Source of the DNA: a virus | Length of the DNA stretch: 64,000 bases | IMG/VR virus record: IMGVR_UViG_3300044712_002165 | Span: 1-64,000 of that record | Strand: one strand, 5' to 3' | Part shown: positions 15,283-24,582 of the stretch, piece after piece | Layout: every line of letters starts with the position of its first letter | Position numbering within the stretch: position 1 is the first letter of the stretch | The notes under the pieces: model-generated | The model's input: only the letters and a program-made list of their open reading frames with translations | Told to the model about the DNA's origin: nothing | The model's database searches: none | Made by a program: the position numbers and the translations under genes

Positions 15283-16305
15283 ATGAGCAATTCAGCGCCT
15301 GTGGCTACGACGAACGTTGTGGGCTACTTCAATTCCAAGAAGTTCCCGCTGTACCTCTTCATCAGTCGGCTGGGAATCACGATTGAGGTCCGCTCTGGCG
15401 AGTACGTCAAAGATGCTCGCGGGCGGAAGTTCAACGATCCTTTGTTCGAGGGCTACCCTCAGCTCTCCAAGGAAACGAGCCCGACGCCGGTTCCTGTTTA
15501 CGCGGTGCCCGAACCCAAACCGATCCAGGCACCGTCGGACGGACACTCCGTCCATTCTGTCAACGAGTTCAAGTACAACGAGCACGGATTCCGGCAGCCG
15601 GTGATGCCAACACCCAAGCCGCATCCGACGCCGACAGCGATCAACGTTCCGCAGGTCCGTGGCATGTCCATGGACGAAGCGCGCCGCCTACGCCTCGTGC
15701 GCCCTGTGCGCGAAGTGCCAGAAGACTACGGCGTCGCGGATACGGACGCGGCTATGCCGCCGCGAGGCCCGGACATTCCGATGATCCGCGAAGCTCGCGA
15801 CATGCCGGTCAAGCAGAGCGCCACAACTCCAGTTCCTGCCGCTCCGCCGGTTGCTGCGCCGGCTGAAGTGCCGGAGCCGGCCGTGCCAGTGCCGGCCGTC
15901 AACGCCGAGGAGTCGCCGGAGCGCGCTGCGTTGCAGGCCAGCCTGCTCGAACAGCACGAGAATGCTGAAGCCCTGGTGGAAGACCCCAACGTGTTTCTGA
16001 ACCGTGTCGTCCAGCCGGTCGCTCCCGCGGTCGCTCGTCAGACCAGCGCCCAGGTGAATGCCGAGGTGCCTGAGGATGCTGCGCTGCCTCTGCCGACGCT
16101 CGATGAAGTGGAGGAGCAGGCACCTGAACCGGTTGCTGCGCCGGCACCGCCCAAGCCCAAGGCTCAGCCTCTGCCACCCCGGCGGAAGTTCATCTGCGCA
16201 GCTGACGGTCGCAGCTTCGACTTCCGGTCGCAGCTTGAGCAGCACGTGGACCGAAAATTCCCGCACCTCAAGGAGCAGCTGATGGCTCCGTACCCGAAGA
16301 CGTAG
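15283..16305 (+). CDS. Pro/Ala/Glu-rich protein with C-terminal zinc-finger-like domain
   Basis: GTTCT-N8-ATG; FICAADGRSF..QLEQH....H. Confidence 0.75.
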   Translation: MSNSAPVATTNVVGYFNSKKFPLYLFISRLGITIEVRSGEYVKDARGRKFNDPLFEGYPQLSKETSPTPVPVYAVPEPKPIQAPSDGHSVHSVNEFKYNEHGFRQPVMPTPKPHPTPTAINVPQVRGMSMDEARRLRLVRPVREVPEDYGVADTDAAMPPRGPDIPMIREARDMPVKQSATTPVPAAPPVAAPAEVPEPAVPVPAVNAEESPERAALQASLLEQHENAEALVEDPNVFLNRVVQPVAPAVARQTSAQVNAEVPEDAALPLPTLDEVEEQAPEPVAAPAPPKPKAQPLPPRRKFICAADGRSFDFRSQLEQHVDRKFPHLKEQLMAPYPKT

Positions 16306-16319
16306 CCCCTAGTTAGGGC

Positions 16320-17093
16320 ATGGGTGTAAGCGGTCCATCGAGCAACGCCAGCCAGCCGGTCAGAACCAGCGCTGATTCACCGGACACGCTGCCCCTGCGC
16401 GGCTACACGGTTGACCAGCTGAAAAACTACATCATGCGCCAGCTCGGGGCTCCGACCTGGCACGTGGAGTTGACCAACCAGCAGGTCCTGGATTGCATCC
16501 AGGACGCTCTCGGACTCTTCTCGCAGTGGGTGCCGCGGACCAAAGTCGGGACACTTCAAATGGTCCGCGGGCAGTATCGCTACCTCGAAGGTGAAGATGT
16601 CGGCCTCGGCATCGCAAAGATCGACTTCGTTGAACCCAATCCGGTGCCGACGGAAATCTTCTACGGCAACCTGATCAATCCTGCTCCCCTTTTCCGCCTG
16701 GGCCTCGACGAGTACGACACGTTCCTTCGTTGGAGGAAAACGTGGCAGCGGGTGACCAGCGTCCGCCCCGACTGGTACTACGATGAGTCGGAAGCCGTGC
16801 TGTACATCCACAATCCAATCGAGCGTTACCAGGCGGGAATTTTCATCTACGCGCTCTGGGAGCAGACGCAGAACCTGTCGGTGACGGGAGCCGACTGGGT
16901 GAAAAAGTACGCGCTGGCCACGTCGCGCCGTCTGCTCGGCGAGACCTGGATGAAGTTCAGCGGAGCCATTCCAGGACCAGGTCAAAACATCCAGTTGGAC
17001 CAGCAGCGCCGCGAATTGGCGCAGCGCGAAATCGACAAGCTTGAGGAGCAGCTGAAGGGCATGCAGCTGCACACGCCGGCCGTGATCGACTGA
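16320..17093 (+). CDS. Neck protein (T4 gp13-like)
   Basis: LKNYIMRQLGAP..VELT..Q..DCIQDAL; WVKKYALA. Confidence 0.85.
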   Translation: MGVSGPSSNASQPVRTSADSPDTLPLRGYTVDQLKNYIMRQLGAPTWHVELTNQQVLDCIQDALGLFSQWVPRTKVGTLQMVRGQYRYLEGEDVGLGIAKIDFVEPNPVPTEIFYGNLINPAPLFRLGLDEYDTFLRWRKTWQRVTSVRPDWYYDESEAVLYIHNPIERYQAGIFIYALWEQTQNLSVTGADWVKKYALATSRRLLGETWMKFSGAIPGPGQNIQLDQQRRELAQREIDKLEEQLKGMQLHTPAVID

Positions 17094-17096
17094 AGG

Positions 17097-17702
17097 TTAC
17101 TCGCCGTAGCTGCCCGTGGGTCGAGCTTGCAGCCACAGCTCGACCAGTTCGTAGTTCTCGCGCTGCTGTGTATTCAAGCGCTTCTTCGGTGGAAGCCCGT
17201 GCCTGCGGGCCATGGCAATGGCGTCCATGAGGTCTTTTTCACGCGTGCTGTTCAGCTTCATCAGGATCACGTCGTTTGCGGTGGCAACCGGGAATCCAGA
17301 CGGGCTGGACGCGTCCAGCTGTACTGTTGACGGAACGACAACGCCGTTCGGCAACGCTTCACCTGCGACCAGGAAATCGACGTAACCGCCGCCGGGAGAA
17401 ATCCAGCTCTCGACGCCAGGAGCCGAGGGATCGCGCCGCCAGCCTTCGAGCGGCCTGGGGAGCTGCTGAAGCACGTGGATGTCGATGTCCACCGTTGGAC
17501 GAAAAGCGCTTGCGTCGCCGCCGAAGTGGTAGAAGGCAGCCGCGCTCCCGACGATCACAGGGCGAAGACCGAAGCTGCGCAGGTACGTGATCAATTCCTC
17601 GACTTCCTCGGCCGTCGGCGGAACGTGGCTGTCGCTGCCGATCACCTCTTCGGCGAGAGATCGGACACGGCACTGGGCAAGATATGACGCGATTTGTCCC
17701 AT
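17097..17702 (-). CDS. Nucleotidyltransferase (AbiEii/Pol-beta-like)
   Basis: IVGSAA, RPTVDID, MKL..R.KD..D; TAGGTA-N5-ATG. Confidence 0.75.
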   Translation of the reverse strand: MGQIASYLAQCRVRSLAEEVIGSDSHVPPTAEEVEELITYLRSFGLRPVIVGSAAAFYHFGGDASAFRPTVDIDIHVLQQLPRPLEGWRRDPSAPGVESWISPGGGYVDFLVAGEALPNGVVVPSTVQLDASSPSGFPVATANDVILMKLNSTREKDLMDAIAMARRHGLPPKKRLNTQQRENYELVELWLQARPTGSYGE

Positions 17703-17764
17703 ACTGCTACCTATCGTAGAGACCCGCATGTTTTATGTAAACAATTTTCCAAGCACATTTGAGG

Positions 17765-17792
17765 TTGACGGCGCGCTCAAATTGTATACACT
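17765..17792 (+). promoter_or_regulatory. Sigma70-type (early) promoter
   Basis: TTGACG-N16-TACACT, 6 nt before the ATG at 17799. Confidence 0.65.
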
Positions 17793-17798
17793 GTCGCC

Positions 17799-19178
17799 AT
17801 GATTTACGAGATTCCCGAAGCCAACCTCGCCACCCTCGTCAAGCGCGTGCAGCGCCTCAACGCTCGGGCAGCCAAGATCGGCAGCGCCCCGGTGGTGCTC
17901 CGTCAGACCGGTAACTTCAGGGACGTTCCCCACGCCACGAAGCCCAACGTCATCGTGCGCTTCGTGGAGATGGAGGCCAACGTCGAGGCTCCGGCGTACA
18001 ACGGCTGGCACTTCATGGCGGTCATTTGTCGTACGACCGAGGGCAACATCATCCGCTCGGTTCCCGGGTACGAAGTGCCGGTGGAACATCGCGACGGCGA
18101 GCATCGCTGCGATCACTGCCACACCATCCGCAATCGTCGTGACACGTACGTGGTTCGCCACGACGACGGCCGGACCCTGCGCGTGGGCAGCACCTGCATC
18201 CAGGATTTCCTCCAGCACGCGAACCCGAACCAGATGACCCAGTCGGCCCGCACCTGCTTCGAGGCGGCGCAGATGCTCGAATCCGCTCAGGACGAGTCCT
18301 GGCTCGGCGGCAGTGGAATGAACGCGGTTTGCCGGGTCGATCTCGAAGTTTTCCTGGGGTACGTTGCGGAATTGGTGCTGAAGACCGGTCGCTACATCAC
18401 CAGCAAGTCGGCGTACGAGACTGGCGGGACCTCCACGGCGCAGACTGCGCTTCAGTATTTCCAAGGCTCAGCGCAGGAGTTCGTGGTCAGCGAGCAGGCC
18501 AAGCGCCTCGCGACGGAAGCTCGCGAGTGGGTGCTCGGCACGTACGGTCCGCGTTTTGACGATGACCTCGACATTTCTGAGGTCGTGGAAGCGATGACTT
18601 CGGTGCGCAAGGACTGCTCCGACTTCGAGCACAATCTGCTCACCGCGGCACGCCTGGAGAGCATCGAGCCTCGCTTCGCCGGCATTGCTGCATACATCAT
18701 CGAGGCGCACCGCCGTAGCAAGGCCGCGCCCAAGTTGCAGCTCGGCGCGAACGGCGCAGCTCGCATTTTCGGTCTGTTCAGCACGGCCAAGGCGGCAAAG
18801 CTCAAGCACCCGGCGATCCGGCTCAGCAACGGCTCCGAGGTGTTGACGCTCAGCATGGCATCCGACAAGAGCAGCAACCCTGGCCACCTGTACGTCAAGG
18901 GCAACGCCTACTACGGCAAGATCACGCCCGCCGGCCGGTTCCTCGGTACGCGTGAGTGCCCGCCGACGGTCGAGCAGAATCTGGTTGAGTTTGCCGCGAA
19001 TCCGGAAGAGGTGGCCGCTCGCTTCGGCAAGCTGACTGGCCAGTGCTGCTTCTGCGGGCGTCCGCTCACCGACGAGCGGTCCACCGATGTCGGCTACGGC
19101 CATGTCTGCGCCAAGAAGTTTGGGTTGCGCTGGGGCAAAGTTGTAAACGAAACTGCCGTCGAGGCGATTGCTGCCTGA
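17799..19178 (+). CDS. Phage protein with C-terminal DUF6011-like Zn domain
   Basis: CDHC..R.R.DTY...VGSTC; CCFCGRPLTD.RS..GYG.VCA. Confidence 0.8.
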   Translation: MIYEIPEANLATLVKRVQRLNARAAKIGSAPVVLRQTGNFRDVPHATKPNVIVRFVEMEANVEAPAYNGWHFMAVICRTTEGNIIRSVPGYEVPVEHRDGEHRCDHCHTIRNRRDTYVVRHDDGRTLRVGSTCIQDFLQHANPNQMTQSARTCFEAAQMLESAQDESWLGGSGMNAVCRVDLEVFLGYVAELVLKTGRYITSKSAYETGGTSTAQTALQYFQGSAQEFVVSEQAKRLATEAREWVLGTYGPRFDDDLDISEVVEAMTSVRKDCSDFEHNLLTAARLESIEPRFAGIAAYIIEAHRRSKAAPKLQLGANGAARIFGLFSTAKAAKLKHPAIRLSNGSEVLTLSMASDKSSNPGHLYVKGNAYYGKITPAGRFLGTRECPPTVEQNLVEFAANPEEVAARFGKLTGQCCFCGRPLTDERSTDVGYGHVCAKKFGLRWGKVVNETAVEAIAA

Positions 19179-19186
19179 TCACGCTT

Positions 19187-19519
19187 ATGACTATCGGAGA
19201 TGTTCTGAACGCACTGCCACGCCGCGACCGCCGCGCCATCGAGCGGGTGCTTTCCAAGCCGGGTGATGTGCTGAAGGCGGCACGCGAATTGAAGCTGATC
19301 CTGGCGCAGCACGCGCAGCTTCTGGAGCGCCTGGGTCTTCTTCCCGATTACGCGGCCTACGCCCTCCCCTTCTACGCCTGGAACGTCGGCGGCGACATCA
19401 ATGACTTCATCGCCAGCCTCCAGAAGAAAGTCCAGGATCAGCAGGCCGAGCTGGCGCGTCTCGAACGGCAGATCGACGGTCTGCGCACGCTGGTCGAGAC
19501 AGACCCTAAGCAGAATTAG
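19187..19519 (+). CDS. Hypothetical coiled-coil protein
   Basis: ORF follows previous gene; heptad-like C terminus. Confidence 0.65.
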   Translation: MTIGDVLNALPRRDRRAIERVLSKPGDVLKAARELKLILAQHAQLLERLGLLPDYAAYALPFYAWNVGGDINDFIASLQKKVQDQQAELARLERQIDGLRTLVETDPKQN

Positions 19520-19746
19520 CCCACGTCCAAGGCTTCCAGCGTCGGAGGCTCGGAAGCTGTCAAATCGATCCCCAGGAAGCGTGGTCGGTCGCACTTGGCC
19601 CGCGGAAGCTCATGCCTGATCTCCACAGGCACTCCGTCCCAGGTTGGTGCGACAGACTTTCTAGCCGCCAGCACGAGCAGCGCCATCGGAGTCACCAGGA
19701 TTCGCTCCGGCGTTCGGCGGTGCTTCTCCTTGAACTGATCCAGCAT
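19516..19746 (-). CDS. Hypothetical protein
   Basis: MLDQFKEKH...; overlaps upstream gene, start uncertain. Confidence 0.45.
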   Translation of the reverse strand: MLDQFKEKHRRTPERILVTPMALLVLAARKSVAPTWDGVPVEIRHELPRAKCDRPRFLGIDLTASEPPTLEALDVG

Positions 19747-19936
19747 TTTCGTCAGCAATTTGGCGGCGAAGGCGCTCGATCTCGCTGTTGGACTGTTCGG
19801 CATACGCGATGGCCTGGGCAAGGGCTGCTCGATACTGCTGGACCAGATCGGCGAGTGCCAGCACAACGTTGGCTCGTTCGCCCAAGGCGTTGTGCGCCAT
19901 CTTCAGTCTCTGTAGCGCAGGATTCGGTGCGTCCAT
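19661..19936 (-). CDS. Hypothetical coiled-coil protein
   Basis: GTTCT-N8-ATG on minus strand; MDAPNPALQRLK... Confidence 0.6.
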   Translation of the reverse strand: MDAPNPALQRLKMAHNALGERANVVLALADLVQQYRAALAQAIAYAEQSNSEIERLRRQIADENAGSVQGEAPPNAGANPGDSDGAARAGG

Positions 19937-19952
19937 GTTCTTAGAGAACATG
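19934..19952. promoter_or_regulatory. Bidirectional GTTCT element
   Basis: CATGTTCT-TAG-AGAACATG palindrome containing both divergent start codons. Confidence 0.7.
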
Positions 19953-21467
19953 AGCGTTCCAACCTTCTCGCTGGCGTACACATCCGTGCGGGCAGCCACG
20001 ATTCCCCACGTCATCCGCATGTGGGAAGACGCCGCGGTCATGGGGGACTTCGAGTGGGTACTGTGTGTTGACGACGGCGACAGCGTCTGTCTTGCTGCGG
20101 CCGAGGCAGCCAAAGCTACCAGTCGCGTTCCGTTTACAATCGTCATCAACAAGGGTTCCAAGGACTGCGTTTCAGGCTGGAATACTGCTGCGGCTGCAAC
20201 CGCCGGGAAAGTTATCATCGCAGTGGCTGACGACTTTGTTCCGCTGCCGCAGTGGGACATTCAGCTGCTTGGTCTGGAACCTGCCGGTTGGGTTGACGGC
20301 GAGCACGCGGTGCATGTCGAGGATGGTTACGTGCATTCACTCATGGTGCTGCCGATCATCACCAGGGCGCGCTACGCTCGGTTCGGCTACCTCTTCTACC
20401 CGAAGTACAAGAGCATGTTTTGCGATACGGAGCTGACCGAGGTGGCGTATCGCGACGGCGTTGTCATCGACGCGCACCACCTGCTCTTCGAGCACATGCA
20501 CCCGGACTGCGGCAAGCGCAACCGCGACCAAAACGACCTTTTGCACGCGTCTTCAGAGCGCTGGAATGTCGGCGAGATGCTGTTCAATTTCCGGAAGGCG
20601 GCTGGATTTCCAGTCGATGATGGTCCAAAGGCGGTCAGCACGGTTGAAAAATCGTCTACAGAATTTGCGGTCTACATGCAGGTGACGCAGGACGATATTT
20701 GTTTACAAGAAGTGTGCCTGCGCATGATGGAGGAAGGCTGCCGTGTGTTTTTCTTCGCAGTGCCGGACACCTACTGGTCTGGCGAAAAAGTGCCCGAGGA
20801 CAAGTTGAAAAGCCTGGACCCTGTTTTCGCCTTCCTGACGGCCAAAGGCGCAGACGTACGGGTGAAACAGTTCCAGGTGGCGCGCTACCGAATGAGCGAG
20901 AAGGATGATCGGATCACGGTTGAAACTCGTTTACGAAATGACAGCCTAGCCTGGATCAGAAAAAGCGGTTTTGACCGCATTCTGATCGTTGACGGCGACG
21001 AATTGTGGATGCCAGGCACACTGGAAATGCTCAAGCCCTACATTGAGCGCGGCGACCTTGCCATCAGCGTGCGCATGATCCCAGTAATCGGCGTACCGGG
21101 CTATCCAGTCGAAGGTGCAACCGATGTGGCGGTTGTTTACATTGGACCCAAATGCAATTTTCGAGTGTGCCGCACTCCGACCGTATCGCAGACGATCATC
21201 GAGCAGCCTCGGATCATTCACTTCACGAGCACCCGGCGCACCTTGGAGGACAACAAGGCCAAGCACCTTCGCAGCGGGCATTACGGCGATCCTGATTACG
21301 ATTTTGACGGCTGGATGCAGAGCGTTTTGCCAAACGTGAAGCCGGGCATGCGCGACGTGCACATGTACAAGCCGTACTCGATTTGGAAGTCGGTTCGCGC
21401 TTGGCGACCAGAGGAATTGGCGATTATTCCGTCTACAATTCACCCGTATCTTGGGCTCGAAAAATAA
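19950..21467 (+). CDS. Two-domain GT-A (family 2-like) glycosyltransferase
   Basis: VDDGD, VADD, FCDTE, HMHP; second domain IVDGDE. Confidence 0.85.
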   Translation: MSVPTFSLAYTSVRAATIPHVIRMWEDAAVMGDFEWVLCVDDGDSVCLAAAEAAKATSRVPFTIVINKGSKDCVSGWNTAAAATAGKVIIAVADDFVPLPQWDIQLLGLEPAGWVDGEHAVHVEDGYVHSLMVLPIITRARYARFGYLFYPKYKSMFCDTELTEVAYRDGVVIDAHHLLFEHMHPDCGKRNRDQNDLLHASSERWNVGEMLFNFRKAAGFPVDDGPKAVSTVEKSSTEFAVYMQVTQDDICLQEVCLRMMEEGCRVFFFAVPDTYWSGEKVPEDKLKSLDPVFAFLTAKGADVRVKQFQVARYRMSEKDDRITVETRLRNDSLAWIRKSGFDRILIVDGDELWMPGTLEMLKPYIERGDLAISVRMIPVIGVPGYPVEGATDVAVVYIGPKCNFRVCRTPTVSQTIIEQPRIIHFTSTRRTLEDNKAKHLRSGHYGDPDYDFDGWMQSVLPNVKPGMRDVHMYKPYSIWKSVRAWRPEELAIIPSTIHPYLGLEK

Positions 21468-21482
21468 CACGTTCTATGAGGC

Positions 21483-22685
21483 ATGCTGCCAAAGCTCTTC
21501 AGCACTGCCTGGAAGATCGTCACTGTTACCGAGCCCGTCATGTTTCACCGGACCTACGATGAGGTCTGGTTGCTGAATCCAGGACGGCGCTACATCCTCA
21601 ACGCAGATCAGGTCGAAAAGGTTTCGCAGTGGGTCGATACCTGCTCTGATTTTGCCGGCGCGTCGCTTCACAATCCGCTACGCGCCGGGCAGAACCTCGC
21701 CAACGCCAGTCTGCTCATCGAGCGCGTGCGTGATCGCGGCATCGGTGATCTGCTTTTCCTCACCGCACCTATTGCGTTCATGCAGCACGCGTGCGGGCGT
21801 CTGCTTACCGTTGATCTCTACGCGCTGAGCGACCGAGGTCAGGTGCTGACCCACAACCAGGACCTGCGTAACGGTTGCGTGCTCGCAGGACCCATCGAGT
21901 ACGACCACCTGCGGAATTACGCCTACCACTGGTTCGTGGAAAGCGTGACCGAGTGGGACGAGGAACCGGACCAGCATAACGTATACGACGCGCTCTACGC
22001 GCAGCTGGGATTCTCTCCGGATCAGATTGACTCAGAATGGAAGCGCCCACGCGCCACGTGCGTGCCGCAGGACTACAAGCACCTGGACCAATTTTTCTAC
22101 AGCGTCTGGAACGCCAAGCACATCGATCTCCGCCGCACTGGCTACTACGTCGTGGCACCGTTTGCGTCAGCGTCCATTCGCGCCTTCGACTACCAGCGCT
22201 GGCTGACGATCATCAAGGAATTGTCGCAGCGCCGTCCTGTCGTGGTGATCGGAACGACGCGCATGAAGCTACCGGACACCAGCATCTCCGTTGGTGAATT
22301 TCACCAGCAGCTCGGCGGTATGGGCAACTCGGTGATCAACGCGATTGACGGTACGCCGCTGCGCATCCTGATGGCGCTCATCAGTCGGGCAAAGGGCTTC
22401 GTCGGCCTTGATTCTGGCCCGCTTTACATCGCGCAAGGCTTGCGCACGCCGGCCGTCAGCATCTGGGGCAGCCATCACCCTGGGGTGCGCATCGGCTACG
22501 ACAAGACCTACATGGACCTGGCGGTCTGGAAGGGCGAAGCGTGCCCGCACGCGCCCTGTTTCGCGTACCTGAATTTTCCCGCCAGCAAGTGTCCTGAAGG
22601 AAAGTTTCAGGCCGAGTGTTCTGTATACAAAAGCGTCACTCCGTCTGACGTTCTCTCGAAGGTGGACATCATCGAACAAGCCTGA
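21483..22685 (+). CDS. GT9 (heptosyltransferase-like) glycosyltransferase
   Basis: RGIGDLLF, VGLDSGPLYIA, P.VSIWG, C..APC. Confidence 0.85.
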   Translation: MLPKLFSTAWKIVTVTEPVMFHRTYDEVWLLNPGRRYILNADQVEKVSQWVDTCSDFAGASLHNPLRAGQNLANASLLIERVRDRGIGDLLFLTAPIAFMQHACGRLLTVDLYALSDRGQVLTHNQDLRNGCVLAGPIEYDHLRNYAYHWFVESVTEWDEEPDQHNVYDALYAQLGFSPDQIDSEWKRPRATCVPQDYKHLDQFFYSVWNAKHIDLRRTGYYVVAPFASASIRAFDYQRWLTIIKELSQRRPVVVIGTTRMKLPDTSISVGEFHQQLGGMGNSVINAIDGTPLRILMALISRAKGFVGLDSGPLYIAQGLRTPAVSIWGSHHPGVRIGYDKTYMDLAVWKGEACPHAPCFAYLNFPASKCPEGKFQAECSVYKSVTPSDVLSKVDIIEQA

Positions 22686-22688
22686 CCT

Positions 22689-23150
22689 ATGAGCAAAGCT
22701 CCTCAAAACCTGCCGAAACTTGGAACGCTCCAGTTCAACGACTACACGTTGGACCTGGATTACTGGATGGGCATGGAATTCGGCGATTTTTCGCAAGCCG
22801 CCCATGAACTGCCGATCATTTCCGAGTGGCTGAACGACCTGCTGCAATACTACGTCGCCACCGAGATCGTCGAGTATCGCAAGGTCAAGCAGCTCGAAGC
22901 TGAAACCTACTTCCGATTGCGCAGCGGCGATTTTACGCGGCTGTACGGCGACAAGATGACGGAGAAGGCCCTGGAGTATGCCGTCGAACTCGACAAGGAC
23001 CTGATTGCCGCCGTGGAATCGTACGCCACCGCGAAGGCGTGGACGGTTCGTCTACGAAATACCATTTCCGTTCTCAACGCCAAGCTCGACATGTTGCGCA
23101 CGAGCGAAGCGACGCGACGCCACATCGACAATGCACGTTCTCCCTCCTGA
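22689..23150 (+). CDS. UvsY-like recombination mediator (tentative)
   Basis: Helical 153 aa protein with KMTEKA..V..D, next to SSB and RecA. Confidence 0.55.
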   Translation: MSKAPQNLPKLGTLQFNDYTLDLDYWMGMEFGDFSQAAHELPIISEWLNDLLQYYVATEIVEYRKVKQLEAETYFRLRSGDFTRLYGDKMTEKALEYAVELDKDLIAAVESYATAKAWTVRLRNTISVLNAKLDMLRTSEATRRHIDNARSPS

Positions 23151-23190
23151 CGACCGAAACTGAAGCTGACACTCAAACCGTATACAGTTT

Positions 23191-24582
23191 ATGCGACAAG
23201 TGAACAACAACCTCGATCCATCGCTGATGGACCTGGATTCCGAGAACAAGTACATCGCCACGACCAGCCGTGCGCCGAAGCGCGTGAAGCTTCAGCGCGG
23301 TGAAGCGTGGCTCGTTCGTTTTCTCCCTGCGGCACTGGGTCCGAAGCGTCTCTGGTACGTGCGCTCCGGCCGGCACTGGCACAACCAGGCTCCCATCACC
23401 TGCCCCGTTCACACCGCTCCGGATTTCGGCGGCGATCCCGACGCGTACTGCCCCGTGTGCGAGACCGCGGCGCAGTTGAACGACGACGAGAACAAGGAAA
23501 TCTCGACGTTGGGGTACAAGGCCACGGGCCAGGCCAACTGGCTCACGTACTGCATCGTGCTCCAGAAATCGACTGGCTCGACTACGATCAACGTGACCGA
23601 AGCCGAATCGCTGGTCGTGCACGAGTTCAATCACTACAAGGCCACGTTCGAGGAGCTGTCGCAGTTTTTCCGCAACAGCGTTCGGCCGAACAACCCGAAG
23701 GGTGTGCTCGATTACGTCAACGGCTGCGACTTCTGGGTGAGCAAGACCGGTAAGGGTCTGCGCCTGGACAAGCAGGACCCGCAGCCGATTTTCGACGATC
23801 TCCAGGACCCGGCCACTGATCCGCGCATCAAGAAGCTCGAAGAGCAGATGCGCACGCCGAAGATCGTGATCCCGTCCGAGGCGGAAATGAAGCGCTTCGC
23901 CGAGAAGCTGTACGACGACGCTTATCAGACCGGTCGCGGTCGCGGCGTTCGCGGCGGTGGCGGCGATGATCGGTCGCGGCGTGCCACGGATTACGAGGAG
24001 GCCGAAGGTGACCACGAGGAGCGCCGTCCTGTTCGCGGTGGCCGTCGGCCTGCCCCCACCGAAGACTCGGGCGATGACCAGATTCCTGGTGCTGAAGTGC
24101 CCCCGCGCCGGCCCGCGCCTGCTGCGTCTCGGACTGCTCCTGCTCGGACTGCTCCAGCTCCTGCTCCGGAGCCCGAACCGGAGCCCGAACCGGAGGCCGA
24201 AGGCCAGGAAGCTCCTGCCGAGGTTGATGCTGAAGGTGGTGTCCAGGATGCTCCTCCGCCCCCGCCTCCGCGCCCTGCGCCCCGCACAGCGGCTCCTGCG
24301 CAGCGCCCTGCCCCCGCAGTGGCGTCCCGGCCGACGCCCCCGGCTCGGCCCGCCCCCGCGCCTGCCCGCGCTGTCCCGCCGCCTCCGTCCAAGGGGCGTA
24401 CGGAGCGCATCGACGAAGGCGAGGAGTTGCCGGAAGAGCAAAGGGACCCTGCCCCTCCCGCCGAAGACCCGTTGCCCGAGGCTGAGACCCAGGCTCCGCC
24501 CCCGGTTGCGCGCCCCGCAGCAGCGGCAGCTCCCAGCGGGCTGCGTAACCGCATCCAGACCGTCACCCAGCGCAAGCCGTGA
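23191..24582 (+). CDS. Single-stranded DNA-binding protein (gp32-like) with long Pro/Ala/Glu tail
   Basis: VRFLP, HW..CP....CPVCE, D...G.DF. Confidence 0.75.
   Translation: MRQVNNNLDPSLMDLDSENKYIATTSRAPKRVKLQRGEAWLVRFLPAALGPKRLWYVRSGRHWHNQAPITCPVHTAPDFGGDPDAYCPVCETAAQLNDDENKEISTLGYKATGQANWLTYCIVLQKSTGSTTINVTEAESLVVHEFNHYKATFEELSQFFRNSVRPNNPKGVLDYVNGCDFWVSKTGKGLRLDKQDPQPIFDDLQDPATDPRIKKLEEQMRTPKIVIPSEAEMKRFAEKLYDDAYQTGRGRGVRGGGGDDRSRRATDYEEAEGDHEERRPVRGGRRPAPTEDSGDDQIPGAEVPPRRPAPAASRTAPARTAPAPAPEPEPEPEPEAEGQEAPAEVDAEGGVQDAPPPPPPRPAPRTAAPAQRPAPAVASRPTPPARPAPAPARAVPPPPSKGRTERIDEGEELPEEQRDPAPPAEDPLPEAETQAPPPVARPAAAAAPSGLRNRIQTVTQRKP

Noticed and set aside
24100-24540. DNA repeat element in the SSB gene
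   Set aside because: Short repeats simply encode the Pro/Ala/Glu low-complexity tail.
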